Positions 1-13,509 are shown, counted from the stretch's first letter. The stretch: 64,000 nt of DNA from Octopus sinensis (GCF_006345805.1 NC_043003.1:109740001-109804000); one strand, 5' to 3'. Translations and numbers: made by a program. The notes: a model not told the origin generated them from the sequence alone.

Positions 1-186
1 CTAGAGGAACTGTCGTGAAGCACCAACACTTTAATATAATTGTAGGGGCCTTGCCGTCATAAACAGTATGCCGTGGCAAGTTTTTAGACCTATCGGAGCC
101 TGAACTTCTTCAGAACTGACAACACTGACAACGGTTAATTTCCTCTACGAAGGATGTGAGACAGACAACAAAGAGAAGAACCAATG

Positions 187-400
187 TTCTTTTCTACTCT
201 AGGTACAAGGCCCAAAATTTTTGTGGAGTTGGGGGTCAGTCGATTAGATCGACAACAGTACGCAACTGGTACTTAATTTATCGATCCCGAAAGGACGAAA
301 GGCAAAGTCGACCTTGGTGGAATTTGAACTCAGAGCGCAAAGACAAACGAAATACCGCTAAGCATTTCGCCCGGCGTGCTAATGTTTCTGCCAGCACGCC
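187..400 (-). mobile_element. tRNA-derived SINE, family A (Meta-domain-like core)
   Basis: Minus strand reads GGCG.GCTGGCAGAAAC.TTAGCACGCCGGGCGAAATGCTTAGCGG...GAGTTCAAATTCC (B box)...GACTTTGCCTTTC.TCCTTTCGGG.TCGATAAA; many dispersed copies in the window. Confidence 0.85.
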
Positions 401-420
401 ACCATGGAGAAGTACCAATA

Positions 421-620
421 TTCTTTTCTACTCTATGCACGAGGGTCAAAATTATGAGGGAGGGAGCCAGTCGATTAGATCGACTCCAGTACGCAACTGG
501 TACTTAGTTTATTGACCCCGAAAGGATGAAAGGCAAAGTCGACCTCGGCGGAATTTGAACTCAGAAAGCAAAGACAGAAGAAATACCGCTAGGCATTTCG
601 CCCGGCATGCTAACTTTCGA
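421..620 (-). mobile_element. SINE family A, second adjacent copy
   Basis: Near-duplicate of 187-400, same orientation. Confidence 0.85.
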
Positions 621-749
621 GAAAAACAAAATCGATCTCAGTAAGATTCGATCTCAAAGTCGAGACGATTACCACCTATCAATCTATTCGACACTCTAAT
701 GACTGTGCTAATCGGCCGTTTATGGTTCTGCTTTTTCATAAGTATGAAT

Positions 750-950
750 AATGGTTTCTAACATAAGGCCAGTAATTTCCATTAATTGACATCAGTACTT
801 GAGAAGTACCTTATTTTATCGACCTTGGAAAGATGAAAAGCTAAGCTGACTTTGGCGGGATTTGAACTCACAATGCAAAAAGGAAGCTGAACAAATAGCA
901 CATGGCATCTATTTTTTAGACATACTAACGTTCCTGCTAACTCACCGCTA
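750..950 (-). mobile_element. SINE family A, degenerate third copy
   Basis: TTTTATCGACCTTGGAAAGATGAAAAGC...GGATTTGAACTCA matches the family A core. Confidence 0.7.
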
Positions 951-1212
951 TTTTCATCCTTTCGGATTCGATAAAACACAGTAATAAGTCAGGAATAGTG
1001 GTCAATAATATCGATTAATCCCTCCCTTCAGAGGTCCCGGTTTCATTTCTCAATAAGGAAAGAAAAAGTGCGCAACGATGTCAAAAGATACACTTAACCT
1101 CTACTTACATAAAAGAATTTATGGTGTTATAGATGGGAAATATATTATCCTCCATTCTTTACTTGTTTCGGTTTTCAGAGTGTGGCCATGCTGGGACACC
1201 ACCTTGAAGATT

Positions 1213-3185
1213 GTCGACTTTGACTTTCATCCTTTCCATCTTCTTGCATAACTTTACTTGGTACATGCTCACACCAATTCTCTGTTACTTCATATTGGTA
1301 TTTACGGCATAAGCGCCAACGAATATACACACATACTTTAACGTGGCGGCGCGTGTATTCTTTTTGTGCAAGGCTCTCACATCCACTTACCAAGTAGGTC
1401 ACATTCTCCACACTCTTACCATAGAGTCTGTATTTCTGGATGTCAGAAGTTTTATAGATGTTATACTTCACTGAACTAGTAGCGAGAGCCTGGTCTTGTG
1501 CAGCAATGATCAGGCTTTCGGTAGTACACTTCAAATCATCTCACGCAAGCCATACCCACGATGCTTTATTATCCTGAACGTCCGGTGTATTCCTTTCAAA
1601 CTGTCCATGCATTCTCATTCCAAGGTGTTCTTTTCTGCTCTCAGCTCTTTGGTTATACTCTTCCTTGCCCATCATTTCTTCATCACTATTTATCAAATAC
1701 TCGGTGAGCGTTCTCCTTTCACCCCTTATACAATGGTCTATACTAATTAGTCCTCTGCCACCATTGTTTCTTTTCGTATACATTCTTTTTACGTATGCTT
1801 TAAGGTGTAGTGACCCATGCAGCTTCATAAACTTTCTCGTCCTTCTATCCAGTGCTGATATTTCCACCTTAGACCATTTGAGGATGGACGCACTATATCT
1901 GACCACCGCAACTGCCCAGATATATATTGCAGTAATCAAATTTTTGGCATTCAGGTTGCATTTCAACACCATCTTCACCCTTTCTGATACGCCTCAGTGA
2001 CCTTGACTTTCACTTTTCTTTGTAGAATGTCATCCAGCTCCAAAATCCCTAAATATCTATACCCACTAACGTCTGGTTCACCCATGGTCTCTCCTGGTAG
2101 TAACCTCAATCCTCTGCAGGATGCTTTCTTCCCTCCTTTCATATTAAGTACTGAGCATTTGGTAATCCCAAATTCCATACCGATGTCTCTACCACACCTC
2201 TGGACTGTTTTTCAGATTTCTCAAACAATTTCATGTCATCTGTAAACAGAAGATGTTTCAATGATGGGCCTTTCTTACCACATCGGTAACCCATCTTAAC
2301 ATTCCTAAGTGTCATTGTTATGGGTATTAGTGCAATTACAAATAGTAACGGAGAAGATTCCACTTTTAATATTAACTTCTCCAAGGACTACATTACTTGA
2401 ATACAATTTGGTTTTCCACTCTTTCATGTATCAGAAAATTTGTGATGTTTTGTCAGCGACCCCCAAAATTTGCAGGTATTCAACGATCCAAGAATGAAGC
2501 ATCATATCATATGCCTTCTTAAACTCAATCCAAGCCATAGACATGTTTGTATAATGTTTTTTACAATGCCTCAAAACTGTTTTATCGATGACCAAGTGAT
2601 CCTCGGTACTCTGAGAAGTCTTCCTACATCCTTTTTGTTCCTTTTGGTATTATTTCTTCCTGTGCCAAGAAAGTGTTTGTCTTTGCCGCACATATTCCAG
2701 TGAGTATTTTCCAGATTATGTTTAGGCATTCTATAGGACTGTAGTTTCTCACAATATTCTCATTTCTTCTATATTTCGTTATAAGTGTTGTCCTCGCAGT
2801 CACCATCCACGCAGTGACTATACTTTTCTGGACGCACTCATTTAATTGGGCTGCTAGTCTTTAATGCACCGCGTGCCATCTCTTCAGCCAAAAGCCATGA
2901 ATCCCATCTGGTCCGGGGGATTTCCAGTTAGGCACTTTACCCACTTGTTCTTTCACATCACCCGTGCTTATGACAATATTCCTTTGTTTCTTTCCTCCGA
3001 CTAAATCTGTCTTGATAGTTCCTATCCACATTGCATCCCTTTTATGCACCTCATTGTCTCCCCATAATCCGCTCCAGAACTCCTTGGCTTGACTTGCATC
3101 AGGAGTAATATTTTCCCCATTGTCCCCTTCTAACGTTCGGAAGAATTACTTCGGGGTATTTTTGAACAAACTATTCTCGCCGAAC
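1213..3185 (-). mobile_element. R4/Dong-clade non-LTR retrotransposon, frameshifted RT plus CCHC-region relic
   Basis: ORF fragments NWKSPGPDGIHGFWLK, YSPIECLNIIWKILTGI, SPLLFVIALIP, HLLFTDDMKLF, EFGITKC, YRYLGILE, GGRGLISI, TESLIIAAQDQAL, YLVSGCESLAQKEYTRRH. Confidence 0.85.
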
Positions 3186-3289
3186 TATTATTTTGAATAA
3201 CCTGTTCTCCTCGAATGCTTATTATTTGTTTATTTGTTTATTTATTAATTTATTTCTTATTGTTTTTGTTGTTGTTATTATTACTATCA

Positions 3290-3405
3290 TTCTTCTTTTC
3301 TTCTTCTTCTTCTTCTTCTTCTTCTTCTTCTTCTTCTTCTTCTTCTTCTCCTCCACCCCCTCCTCCTCCTCCTCATCATCATCATCATCTTGATTATTAT
3401 TATTA

Positions 3406-3436
<31 letters not shown>

Positions 3437-3500
3437 TTATTATTATTATTATTATTATTATTATCATTATTATTATTATTATCATCATCATCATTATTAT
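3290..3500. repeat. compound microsatellite (TTC)n/(TCC)n/(TCA)n/(ATT)n
   Basis: Directly visible. Confidence 0.95.
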
Positions 3501-3765
3501 TCAGCAATTGCTTTTGCGACAGTAGGTTGAATATTTCTAGTCTAAAGTAATATGCAAATATTCAGAATCCTATGAGTTAATTGATATTTGGTAATGTTAT
3601 AGTAATGCTGGAGTATTCATTTTCGCTTTTTGAAGAACGATCACCTACTGGAACAGAAAAACCTTGAGGCGATTTTGCATAAATTTGAAATATTTCGAAT
3701 AGCTGTTTAGAATAGGAAACTAAATATATAATCTCACATGTGTGTAAACACAGACACACACACAC

Positions 3766-3886
3766 AGACACACACACACACTGATAAAAAATAGATTGAT
3801 ATAGACATGGAAGGATATATATATATATATATATCCTTCCATGTCTATATCAATCTATTTTTATCAGTGTGTGTGTGTGTGTGTCT
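3766..3886. repeat. near-perfect palindrome centred on (TA)n
   Basis: CTGATAAAAAATAGATTGATATAGACATGGAAGGA-(TA)n-TCCTTCCATGTCTATATCAATCTATTTTTATCAG, extending into (CA)n/(TG)n. Confidence 0.9.
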
Positions 3887-3925
3887 ATATATATATATAT
3901 TATATATATATATATAATATATATA

Positions 3926-4218
3926 TTGATAAAACGGTAAGATAACAAAATAAAGAAAGAGACCTCAATATTATGTAAATAGAGGAAATTTATCTATACA
4001 ATAAGATGTTACTTTACTCGGTAGTCAAGATAAAACTCTGAGTTTCAGATGCCGAAGTGGAAATCCACAACACCATCTCTTCGGTTATCTGGTTAAATAG
4101 CCAGATTATCAGTTAAATAGCCAGATAACCGAAGAGATGGTGTTGTGGATTTCCACTTCGGCATCTGAAACTCAGAGTTTTATCTTGACTACCGAGTAAA
4201 GTAACATATTATTGTATA
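3926..4218. mobile_element. hammerhead-bearing fold-back element, family HH-A (Penelope pLTR-like)
   Basis: Arms 3995-4092 and 4121-4218 are inverted; each has GATAA-CCGAAGA-stem II-GAAA-CTCAGAG-TT-TTATC; flanked by (TA)n; relatives at 10232-10365 and 49440-49620. Confidence 0.75.
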
Positions 4219-4243
4219 TATATATATATATAATATATATATA

Positions 4244-4286
<43 letters not shown>

Positions 4287-4584
4287 ACAATTAAGGATAA
4301 CTTCTTAATAAGGAATCTTAACAAGAAATTATCAGGTAGATAGCGTGAAAAACCTCATAAGAGAAAAAATTCGAAAATAATTTATTTTTGGTAGAAATGA
4401 CTTATGTCCCTCTTAGTGTGAGGCATTTATGTGTAATAATGCCCTCTATATAATATATATATATATATACACTCAATATACATACAAACATACTTATATA
4501 TATACTTACACGCACACATATATATACAGATATATATATGTACATATACACACATATATATACAATATATGTATATGTATAAAA

Positions 4585-5745
4585 CTTAGATAAAAATTAG
4601 ATATGTTTCGGCCAAAGATTGGTCCAGGTCATGTCTAACTTAATAGCACCACCTGATAGGAAGGCATCCTCTCTCCTACCTTCCATCCAGTCTACAGGCG
4701 CACACTCAGAGCAGGCCCATACACGCGGGCCATTCTTGCTACATTCATTCATCTTTCAACGAACTTACTGGGTGACAGTGTCTCTCTCTCCAGCCTCACT
4801 ATCCTTTTCAGGTTGAACCTGAATCAATGAGGCCTTGGCCAAAGGGGAAGGTACCCGTTTTCAGCCCTTTCAATCGCGTCCACCATGCAATCTCTTTTGC
4901 CATAGCCACCTGAATGAGAAAAAGTGCCATTCATTCCCGGCTAAAGGAAGGAGACAGAGCGATCTTCACAATAGACTCGGACATTGGACGGATCCGTCCT
5001 ACACGTAAAAATAACTATTCGACAAAGCTCCACACGTCAGTAATGCGCGGACACGTACGAGGGCATTCAGAACGGTTTCATCGCTCTGCGTGCATTTCCC
5101 GTGCCTGTAGAGATTATCTCGAACCAGCATGCCCCCCCCCCCCCCCGGTAGCACTGCCAGACCAGAGATTTCTGGAAGTTACCCACAATTCCCGGCTCGA
5201 AAGTCCTCCGGAAGAGACCAGCCAGTTGATCGCCCTTGAAGCTCAGGACCTCCCCGAGTACGTCGTCGCTCTTGTCCTCCACTAATCCCCTATAGAACTC
5301 CAGGGTGGAACTTCCACCGACCGCATTGCCCGATAGGCCGAGGGCTGTGAACACTTAGAGAAACTCTAGGTGTCAAGCGCCCTGCTTTAGTCTACACCTG
5401 ATCCAGGATTGTAGCTCTGCCAAGGAGACGAGCTGCAGAAAAGAGCGTTCAACAAACGGTGACCACACCAGCTCACCGTTAGGGTATCGCAGCCTGAGCG
5501 CATGTCTGTGCATCGTCAGCCACGCAATGGGTGCTGACAACAAATGGATAGTCTGACAAGCGGTATTTGTCACCTCCACAGGAAGCGGAAGAGCCAACGT
5601 AGAAGCCCGTTCAGCCACGAAGCGGCCAAGGGACGACAGTCAGGCAGTAGTATATGGCGAATGTGATGTACGCATTCGCCTCCTCCGCCCGAACATTCAA
5701 AGACAGCTTCTTCTCGGCCCATTTCTGGGTGAGACTATCGAATAT
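4585..5745 (-). mobile_element. Tx1/L1-like LINE 3' fragment (post-RT and zf-RVT region), decayed
   Basis: FYRGLVE...FQKSLVWQCYRG, HALRLRY...VWSPFVERSFLQL; homologous to 25520-26135. Confidence 0.7.
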
Positions 5746-6049
5746 GTTATGCACTTCTAGTAACAATGCCTTTTCTAGCGTTGTTCTAGCTTTCAAATAT
5801 TGCCACACTCCTGGCTAAGAGAACAGACCAAAATTCATCCTGAGCAAGGCACCAGTATGTCACAAAATTACCCATTTACAAGTGAGGGGAATGAAAATCA
5901 AAACCGCCATCTTGATCCAAACGCTAACCACTTAGTCAAGTGCCTTCAAATATATGAATGTATAAGTACATTACATTTATATATATTCGGTGGACCAATT
6001 GATAAGGTACCGGTCTCCTAAGCCGGGTATTGCGGCTTTTCTTTTTATA

Positions 6050-6445
6050 GATGCGGGCGTGATTGTGTGGTATGAAGCTTGCTTACCAACCACATGGTCC
6101 CGGTTTAAGACCCACTTGGTAGCACCTTGAGCAAGTGTCTTCTACTACTGCCTCGGCCAACCATAATCTTGAGAGTGAATTTCTTTGGCAGAAACTAAAA
6201 CAGGCCTGTCATATATGTTTGTGTGTGTCTTTGTGTCTGTGTTTATCTCGCCTCCAACACTTGACGACAGGTGTTGATGTGTTTATATCACCATAAATAA
6301 GCGGTTTGGCCAGACAGACCGACAGAATAAGTACAAGACTTTAAAAAATAGAAGTACTGGGATCGATTCATTAGACTAAAAATTCTTCAAGGTGGTGCCC
6401 CAGTATGGCCACAGTCTAATGATTGAAACAAGTAAAAGAAAAAAG
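6050..6445 (+). mobile_element. SINE family B (tRNA-like head, CR1-like 3' tail)
   Basis: TGTGTGGT..GAAGCTTGCTTACCAACCACATGGT...CACCTTGAGCAAGTGTCTTCTAC...GGTGGTGCCCCAGTATGGCCACAGTCTAATGATTGAAACAAG. Confidence 0.8.
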
Positions 6446-6519
6446 ATAAGAAAATATGAATGTATAAATATGTATCTACGTAAGCATGTTCGCATATGGG
6501 CTTGTATTTTGCATGAGGA

Positions 6520-6718
6520 AGAGGGGCCTTGTCGAGTTATAAGTTCATAAATTTGGGAAGCCAGACCGTTCCAGGACTTCCCAATTTTGTTAACTGAGTG
6601 GACTGGAAATGTTTTTCTCAAGAATACAAGGGATCGCTCGGTTAAGGAATCGAAACCCTAATGAAACAATCATTTGCGTGATACCCACTATCCTAACCAC
6701 TAAGCCATGCAACTCCAC
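6520..6718 (-). mobile_element. SINE family C, degenerate
   Basis: Minus strand GTGGAGTTGCATGGCTTAGTGGTTAGG (A box)...GGTTTCGATTCC (B box). Confidence 0.6.
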
Positions 6719-6934
6719 GTTGTTTGCGATATACACTTATCTATACGTAGGTGTGGTCATATATATCTATAGTTATGTGTATCGTGGTGTTTTCCAAGCC
6801 GCTCGGAGTAACTGAAGGTGTGTAGAGATACAAGTTAAAGCTAAATCCTGGCCAATTCTACAAGAATATCTCTAAAGATTTTTTTTGTACGAATGAGTTT
6901 GTATTTCATTCTGACACTCACACGAACACACACA

Positions 6935-6972
<38 letters not shown>

Positions 6973-7189
6973 ACACACACACACACAATACACAGAGACA
7001 TACACACGCACATTCTTATATATACATATGCATACACATTATGATGATGATTTCGAAGATAAGGTGATTACAAACCTTGGCAACTGAATGGACATTATCT
7101 AAGAATATGATTACATAGGTACACACATTCATGCACACATACACACACACACACACACACATATGTATATGTGTGTATTCATGCATATA

Positions 7190-7236
<47 letters not shown>

Positions 7237-7834
7237 GTATATTATTGAAAATGATTAGTTTAAAATAGTTATTTTCGTGATTATTTTATCTGTCATCATG
7301 ATCAGGATCCTCCACATCCCTCTCCTCCTCCTCCTCAACCTCATCATCATCATCATCCTCATCATCATCCTCATCATCATCATCATCATCATCGCCGTCA
7401 TCATCGTGGCAGACAGGCGGGTTATGTATGGTGTGAATGAAGTCCGTCGACTACACCCCTTGCACATATACAAATGTATGGCCGTCTTCCAAACGAAAGA
7501 TAATCACTGACTTTATAATAGTGCATTTATGTTTGATATTTTATATTAAAAATATCTGAAGTTCTCCCTAGCTGAAAGTGTCAGCTAATCATTTTAATAT
7601 TGGTGTATACATTACACACACTCACACTTACATTTACATACACACTTCACGCGTGACCACGCACTTAGGTATATGCATGTATGTATGTAAGTATGTATGT
7701 ATGTATGTATGTATGTATGTATGCATGCATGTATATTTGTGGGTTTATATGTGTGTGTATATGTGTGTATATACATATATACATGGTTATTTTTTATGTA
7801 TCGTGCAAACAACCTCTCTCTCTCATTGCATTTG

Positions 7835-8001
<167 letters not shown>

Positions 8002-8974
8002 ATCCCAGGATAGCGGTGCACGAAGAAAGTTAGCTTTCAAGCAATCCGCAGTAAATATAAAAAATAACTTTCAGGGACAATAGTAGTTTTTTTATTGAGA
8101 CGAAAGGTTATGGATTTTTCATTCATCTGTCCATTATCTCCACCCAACTCGTCGGGAAAATACTCCTCATGTAATTCCTTCATAGTGTCCTCTCCGAAGC
8201 AACTGTAACGAGACTTTCCGGCTGGATTAACAAGTGTGATCTACTGATGCTATGAATATATTCCAACCATCTCCTTCTTCGTCTACCACTAAGTCTCCCA
8301 CCGCTTCGATCAGCTTGAATAATCCGCCCTGCGTCTCTATATATTTAAGCATTACCTATGACCAATTACAGGTCCTAACTGACTGGCGGGAAGGAGGAAG
8401 CTACCCCCAAACTGGAAACCTGTCACAATATTTACAACAGAATGGACTCACGAAAGGCACTCAAGGTACTAAGCGGGAGTATTTAACTATATCCCCGCAG
8501 CAGGATTTGAACTCAGATTGCAAAAAACCTTAACAAATTCCGCAATGCATCTGGGCCAACGTTATTTTTACCGATCACTAAAGGAATGGAAGGTAAAACT
8601 GATCTCAGCAGGATTTGAACTTAGAGCGCAGAGTCATAATAGTTACCAGGAAGCAATCTGTCTGAGCCCTGACCACTCGGTGAAATCCGAACATTATAAG
8701 GCTTTGGCAGCTCTGGTTAAAAAAAGATAAATTATCCTGAAAGGGCTCAGAAAAAATGTAAACATATGCCTTTTAATTACTTTGAAAGCTCTGCAGATTT
8801 ATAAGGCCCCAAAGTGGATAGCTGAGGTTCCTAAATCCAGCTTTGTCTACTTGAATAGGTTTTCAGTCGAAGATTTTTCAGTTACTGTCCTACATGGTAA
8901 TGTGATATTTACAGTTTAAGCATAGTTTGGTTGGTCTTACTAACAATAACTTTGAGCACCTTTTCAAACTCACC

Positions 8975-9360
8975 TCTTACTAACAATAGCTCTGAGCACG
9001 TTTTCAAACTTCACCTGTCTAACACCCGTGGACATGTTTACAAAGTCAGAAAACAGCACTGCTCCCATGACTTTCGGAAACATTTTTTCACGCTAAGAGT
9101 TGCTGAAGTATGAAACAAACTGCCGGCATCAGTTGTTAGTTGTCGGAGCACTGCATCCTTCAAAACTTACATGTTTCCTGAGATTCGCCAACTCAACACC
9201 TGATTTTCTCCCTTCCATAAACACACAAGCATGTATCTGACTCATACACTGTTCCCTTTCCAGACATTTGTACATTACTGCATATATTTTATACTCACTT
9301 TTTGACAAGTTGTGGTGCACCTGAGCACTGTATACAATAATTCCATTATTATTATTATAA
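8975..9360 (+). mobile_element. CR1-clade LINE 3' end
   Basis: NTRGHVYKVRKQHCSHDFRKHFFTLRVAEV(*)NKLP is a typical CR1 ORF2 C-terminus; 3' UTR ends in (ATT)n. Confidence 0.85.
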
Positions 9361-9859
9361 GAATTTTTGCTTTGTCTCTTAGAATCAATAAACCTGTTAC
9401 TGTTGAGAAACGTACACAAGTAAATTGTGTATTAAGATAGGTTGTGATATGGCTGTATTATTAATCGCTGCATGTGTCCTCCTGGCATGTTGTTTAATAG
9501 TCATCCGAGTTTGTATGATTGTGTATAGAAGAATATATTAATCAATGAAATTTCACCCTACTCTGATTTTCACATTTTATTATTAACAATTTTACAATAT
9601 TATTATAATGAAATATATAGTTATTGTGATAAAACTATTACTCCCATGCTTCATGCAAGCATCAGGTTTATATAGTAGTAGTGACAGTCGTGTTCCACAA
9701 TTGACATGCAAACCTAAATACAGACATGGATGCACATACATAAATACAGATATAGATACACACACGCATACGCATACATACATACATACATACATACATA
9801 CATACATACATACATGCATACATACATACATACATACATACATACATGTGTGTGTGCGC

Positions 9860-10058
9860 TAGTGTGTCTGTGACTTCCGCCACCACTTGAAAACCGGTGT
9901 CGCTGTGCCTGCGTTTGCGTAACATAGCGGTTCGGGCTCAGCAACCGATAGAATAAGCACCCAGCTTAAAAGATATGTACTGGGGACGGTTCGTTCGGCT
10001 AAATTCTTCAAGACAGAACTCTAGCATCGTCGCAGTCTAATGATTGAAACAAGAAACA
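9860..10058 (+). mobile_element. SINE family B, 3' half
   Basis: CACCACTTGAAAACCGGTGT...ACCGATAGAATAAGCAC...GCAGTCTAATGATTGAAACAAG. Confidence 0.65.
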
Positions 10059-10059
10059 A

Positions 10060-10210
10060 ATATATTAGTATAGCGCTCAGGAATAGAAAAAGTCCTTTAC
10101 GTTTCTAGCCTACGCTCTTCTACAGAAAGATACACGGAAAAAAACAAGGAGAGAAACAAGGAGAGAAAAAAATGTGTGTAGTAGCTAACGATCTATCATG
10201 GCGTCTGACT
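10060..10210 (-). mobile_element. hammerhead-like element, family HH-C'
   Basis: Reverse complement of 10095-10129 = CTTT-CTGTAGA-AGAGCGTAGGCTA-GAAA-CG-TA-AAG; homologous to 62476-62790. Confidence 0.6.
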
Positions 10211-10231
10211 TATATATATATATATATATAT

Positions 10232-10365
10232 ATCTGTAAATGTAATATGTGACAATTGTCAATTATTAATTAATTGTTACATATTACATTTACAGATAAA
10301 TTCCTCTATTTGCATAATATCGAGGTCTCTTTCATTCTTTTGTTGTCTTACCATTTTTATCAATA
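10232..10365 (+). mobile_element. short fold-back remnant of family HH-A 3' end
   Basis: ATCTGTAAATGTAATATGTGACAATT/AATTGTTACATATTACATTTACAGAT inverted pair, followed by the reverse complement of 3926-3994; (TA)n on both sides. Confidence 0.7.
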
Positions 10366-10367
10366 TA

Positions 10368-10442
<75 letters not shown>

Positions 10443-10450
10443 ATATATAT

Positions 10451-10640
10451 ACTTTATTTAAAAGCAGCAGAAATTCAACAAAACCTGTTACTCGGAGTTT
10501 CACTTTCCAGGGAACGTGAAACTCTGGGTAACAGGTTTTGTTGAATTTCTGCTGCTTTTAAATAAAGCATATTACTCTACCCCTGATATTTGAGTACTCT
10601 TTTTTTCCACCTTGTTTCACATTTATGTGTTTACTCCCGT
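10451..10640 (+). mobile_element. hammerhead-bearing fold-back element, family HH-B
   Basis: Arms about 10452-10503 and 10516-10567; GGGAACGT-GAAA-CTCTGGG-TA-ACAGG half-hammerhead; same ends as 56332-56527; (TA)n flanks. Confidence 0.75.
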
Positions 10641-11273
10641 ATATATATATATTGGAATTTTATCCGTTGTACTCCACCGATTCTAGTAATTGTTCTTTCT
10701 TATTGTCATCAGGGACCATATAATAATATAGTGCAGTCGTCGCTACTAACAAATACTTTCTATTAAGTGGAGAATTTAGCGAAGTAGTTCTTACTAACAT
10801 GCTAATAGATTATAACATTGTGGGAACGGTAGCAAGCAAAGAACTAGCAGCTTAACAGACATTCTTCTGTTCTCTATTTACTTACTTTTTCTTTTTGTAT
10901 TTGCTTTTGTTATTGTTGTTTTATATTTAGCTAGATCGTATATCTTAAGAGTCTAATTTTAGTAACGGGCGATGTGATACATTCTAAGAAACCAAAATAC
11001 CATTTACAGTTAACTAGATAAAAAGCGCTAAACTTCACCACTTTTAGACTACTGATTCAACGGTCTGTGTGTAAATGGTGAACGATATCTGGTAGGGAAG
11101 GAGAAAGAGGGAGAAAAAATAGACAGAGAGATAGATAGGGAAGAGAAAGAGAGAAGGAAAAGTCGCTCAAACAGTAATAAAGATAATCTACTAGCTGAAG
11201 ACTAACAGCAATACAAGTTCGTTTATGTTAGTTACTCCCGCCTGAGAAATCAGCTAATGTGTACAGGTATATG

Positions 11274-11323
<50 letters not shown>

Positions 11324-11739
11324 TTACAGATATATACAAATACAGATATATAAAAAGATGCTTGTTTGTACGTCGGTAGGTAACGATACATAAACTCAAG
11401 AATAGCGGTTCTAGGATCAATCTCAATAGAGGGTATCGTTACCAAGTGCCTTCTACTATAGCACTCTTTAGAAAAAGCTGAGCAATCTACTCAAGTCTCG
11501 GAAATAGATTTATTCCGTTACACCCACCCTCGAAATGCTAGAAAAGATTAACATGTATTTTTAGGACAGTAAACTGGAAAACATCTGAGGGTGGTTAGGC
11601 CGTTTGCTTCACAATAGTAATATCGTAGGTTCAATACTTGCGCAGAGCGGTGCTTTGAGTCCTTAAGCAAGATACATCATTTCCCGCTGCATCAGTTTAC
11701 TTAATTGAAAATATGAACCGGCTGAGTGCTGGTGCAGCT

Positions 11740-11799
<60 letters not shown>

Positions 11800-11959
11800 T
11801 CACTCTCTCTCCCTCACTATCTCTCCCTCTCTCTCACTATCCAGCTGTTATATGCTATCTATATCAACTCACGATTACAGAAGCACCTACAACAATTAGG
11901 AAAACCATGGTACATGTTATCAAACCGTGCTCGTTCGTCGCTGACGGCAGCCTCTTTGA

Positions 11960-12095
11960 GACTGGCAGAACTATTAGAACGCCAGATACGCTCCTTACAT
12001 TTAGATACGCTCTTTACATTCTGGGATCAAATCCTTCGGAGGTCAAGTTCGCCTCATTATTTTCATTCGTTCCTCTTCGATAAACTAAGTACCAA
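11960..12095 (+). mobile_element. SINE family A, degenerate
   Basis: ACTGGCAGAACTATTAGAACGCC...TTCTGGGATCAAATCC...TCGATAAACTAAGTACCA. Confidence 0.6.
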
Positions 12096-13306
12096 TCAAC
12101 TTCTTATTTGATTAAATTGAAAGTTTCTTTCTGCTTAAATCTGCAAAAAAAAAAATCATAGTCTAATTAAATTTATTACGTTGATTATTACTTGTTAATG
12201 AAGTAGAAACTTAACTTTTGCATGTGGTTTTCGGTCGAATGAATCGGTGCAACTCGGAGGCTACAGATTATGTATTGACTTATTGACATTTGAATAGCAT
12301 TCCATTCGTGGCCACATCATCTATTTTTCTTGTTTTAAAATGCGGTATCTAGAGCTACATTATCCAATATATCTTTCGTTATATTTTTAGCAAATAGTTT
12401 TTTTTACTTAAAATCATCTAAAATTTATATGAAATTATTTCTAATTCAATTTCCCGGCAAATATTAACAGCCATAGAGAGAAAGAGAGACACTTCACCAA
12501 ATATTTAATAAATTTGTTGCTGTTTACTTATTTACGGGCCATTGAACTTCAGAAGCAATCACTAAGTTTATGATCGCCATATTTGAAATCTCAAAACTGT
12601 TTTAGGCGGTGCTGCAGGTTCGGCTGTTAGAGTGTGTTAGATTTTAATATGAATAAAGAGAAACAAATAAAAAAGAATATTAAAAGAACATTATTCAACA
12701 CGCATTTGATAAAAAAAGTGTAATAAGAATTTACTGACTAATTAAAATCTATTTAATAATTCTAAGTTAAATTATTCAATATTCAATATAACATTATTTG
12801 TAATCTGAGAGGCTTGACTACTTTCTTTTAAAAATATTTTTCAAAAATATTTGTATTTTCATTTCTAATTTTTATGCAATTAATTCCTGTGTATTTGTTG
12901 AAAAGATTTCCTTTTTTTTTGTTCTTTTTTTTTAAAAGTTGGGCTAACCGATTCGGAAGTACAACAAACTACTCTGCTCCATGTCGGTCGCCAAGATGAT
13001 TATTAATATGCTGTACATCCTGCTACTATAAGCATCAAGAACATTGAATTACTGGCGAATGATTCATTAGTGTATAAGTTCAAATTTTTCGTACCAATAA
13101 GTTCTAAAAGAATGATATAAAAATATGCTCTATATATACGCTACATGTATCGGCTTTACCCTGAATCAGTGTGATAAAGCACTGCATGAGGACATTTCTT
13201 TTACTAATGTAAACAAATCTTAAGCTTACCATCAACATTTCTACTTTTGTTATATATTTTCATTTCAATTTCACGAATGCTTTTGAAAGCTTGTTTAATG
13301 GTTATA

Positions 13307-13509
13307 CAGGGTGTAATTGAAAGAAAATCTCCCGTATTTTATTTGACCAATAGTATGGTGTGAGTAAAAAAGGGCATGTGTAACACTGACTTCAAGTAAC
13401 TAATGATTTTATCCCAATTAAATCATGGTTGGATTGATGCATATCACATATTTGCTGTTGAAAACTTTACTTAGAATGGTGAATCTGGGAGATATTTTGC
13501 TAGACCCTG
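13307..13509. mobile_element. possible Tc1/mariner-type MITE
   Basis: Imperfect TIRs TA|CAGGGTGTAATTGAAAGAAAATCTCCC ... GGGAGATATTTTGCTAGACCCTG. Confidence 0.45.

Noticed and set aside
156-515. 119-aa ORF with internal repeat
   Set aside because: It is an antisense translation of two tandem SINE copies.
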